A DNA stretch of 62,429 nt, the filler included, from Asterionella formosa (Eukaryota), in NCBI GenBank assembly GCA_002256025.1. It is 19 parts of 19 records of this genome, joined end to end, with 100 filler letters (N's around TTAATTAATTAA, not from the genome) between each part and the next. Parts side by side here need not be neighbours in the genome. Positions count along the whole stretch, not along the records: positions 60,655 to 62,429 come from NKIB01001209.1; 18 more parts are not named here. One strand, written 5' to 3'. Below, piece after piece: positions 60,787 to 62,429 of this stretch. Under the pieces are notes generated by a model, which worked only from the letters and a program-made list of their open reading frames with translations, ran no database searches and had not been told where the DNA came from. Within the stretch, counting starts at the first letter, position 1. Every line of letters starts with the position of its first letter. The translations under genes and the position numbers were made by a program.

Positions 60787-62429
60787 ATGGCAAAAAAGAA
60801 ATCGACTGTGCCTTCCGGCAAGGCGGCTCAGTCTATTAGCAGCACAAACAAAGCGAGGATGATTGAACATTGTGAACATTGCCTATTGAACATTTCTGCA
60901 AATATGGAAGTGTTGAAAGCGAAAAATAATGGAAAACTACCATATGGCGCAATTTCTTGTTCTGTGCACGATGTACAAGAACTTGTCCCATGGGAGACTA
61001 CACAGAAAGTGAAATACTTTCTAAGGAAAATAAGGTTATCTGGTGGCACCAGTAGCTACCAGAACGGACAAACAGCCTGAGGAGGATGAGCAAGAGGATT
61101 AACAAGAAAGCGAAATATCTATGCTGACAATGGAAGGTGTAGAAAATTACAGCTATAGCAGAAAAAATCATCATCATTCTTCCATTACTACTATGATTAT
61201 GTCTACAAGTTCTAGTTTGCCTCCTGCCAGGCAGCACTACTACTGCATCAACTGAAAGCAGCAGCAGCACCATTTCTGTCACTGCAACCCTGCCCTATGG
61301 TGGTCATCCAAAGAAAAAGTGAAAGAATGTATTTCCAATTCGGCAGCAGAATATATGGTGAGAGAAGAGGAAAAAGAAAAAGGAGGAGAATCACGAGTGA
61401 AGAGAAATACACTTACCTGTATAATACTGAGAGAAAAGGAGGCAATTGGTATTCTTCCTGCTGTCAATATTAATTTCGAAACAGTTAGAACATGTGCAAA
61501 AAGAAAAAACCATCAAGGAACAAACACAGAATGCCTCTCACCTATGCTTGAAGTGGAACTTTACATTGTGGAGCTCATTGATCAGTTGAGTAAAATGCGT
61601 TCGCCCATCATATGCCGAGAGTCGCCCATCACATGCCGAGAGGGACTGCAACTTGCAAATTCACTTCTTGGGAAAAAAGTTTTGCGAGATTACGCACAAA
61701 CAAAAAAGCGGTAGCAGAGCGAGGCTGGGGACCTTTGAACTATAATTGCTTGTTGAATCCTGAAATACAGCTGACGAAATTTGGTGTTGTCCCATTGAAT
61801 TGAATCTCACACAGCAACAGAACCTCTATTACACCTGACCAGCTCAACCTGCAAGAAGGACTTTCAGGAACTCTTACAAATCAAATTGTTGAATACATAA
61901 ACAGAGAAGATGTGCGAAATGGTAATGATGCAGCAGAACATGCAAGGAAAAGAAATCAAACAGCACAAGCAGCAATCGACACACACAAATGAATGACCAC
62001 AGGACTGCACTTTGCTGTTGGAAACACTTGTCTAGGACCACCGCTTTTTGAGCATATGCTGGAAATCAAACACCGGCATGAAATCCAGGAACAAAACAAG
62101 AAGCAGAAATTGAATCAACGGTTTTTTGAATTGTCACAGAAGGTACAGGCCATCAGAGAGACTGGAAAGGAAGCTGGAAGCTACAACGTAGCTGAACTGA
62201 AAACAGTGGTGACATGGTACAAGCGCAACGGCGATGCGCCGCTTCCAATAACCAGACAGAACTTGTTGGCAAGATATTTGGAGACTTGTTGCCGTGGAGA
62301 AAAGGATTCTCCATATCCAATTCGGCCTCTTGATGTTGTGCTTGTGGGAGGGCAGGAGCTTAGTAGGGATGAGGGCGATATTGCAGTGGTGTTGATAGGC
62401 GCAAGCATTTCATGTGGCTGAATGCATTT
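60787..62429 (+). pseudogene. Internally deleted pogo/Tc5-like transposase
   Basis: HTH-like SPMLEVELYIV..SPITCREGLQLANSL joined directly at about 61668 to the C-terminal WEKSFAR segment seen at 17079; extra TGA at 61990. Confidence 0.6.

Overview
This window is not one locus. It is 19 separate contigs joined by an artificial 100-nt linker (N44-TTAATTAATTAA-N44): eighteen short contigs of 1775-1787 nt in decreasing length order, plus one 28.5-kb contig (30151-58674). Adjacency across linkers therefore means nothing. The DNA is eukaryotic and probably from a diatom nuclear genome, judging by GT-AG introns, bipartite 'xxA-F' plastid presequences and CoDi-like Ty1/copia elements. The short contigs are mostly transposon debris (copia gag/IN/RT/RNH, a Kolobok/Mutator-like DDE, a pogo-like element, a Crypton-like tyrosine recombinase, non-coding repeats) plus partial genes (RIT1, an ARM-repeat protein, a PGRL1 fragment, a USP8-dimer-domain protein). 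The long contig carries PGK, an ABC1 kinase-beta-lactamase fusion, two SAM methyltransferases, a 2OG-Fe(II) oxygenase, an M41-like plastid protein, a RING/PDZ protein, a GT31, a pseudouridine synthase, an HSF, a stand-alone P-type ATPase actuator domain and a plastid thioredoxin. Most interesting signals: (1) recurrent insertions TA -> TA-(G/C/CGG/CAG/CCGG/CCAGG)-TA, shown by comparing repeat copies, that build the pervasive GGTACC-rich tracts; (2) a copia LTR whose PBS position is complementary to its own LTR, suggesting Tf1-like self-priming; (3) a dispersed element headed by a compact tRNA-Ala-like cloverleaf with covarying stems; (4) a family of insertions with CATCTA ends; (5) unrelated tandem repeats that share a 187-194-bp period. 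All calls are by eye; no searches were run.
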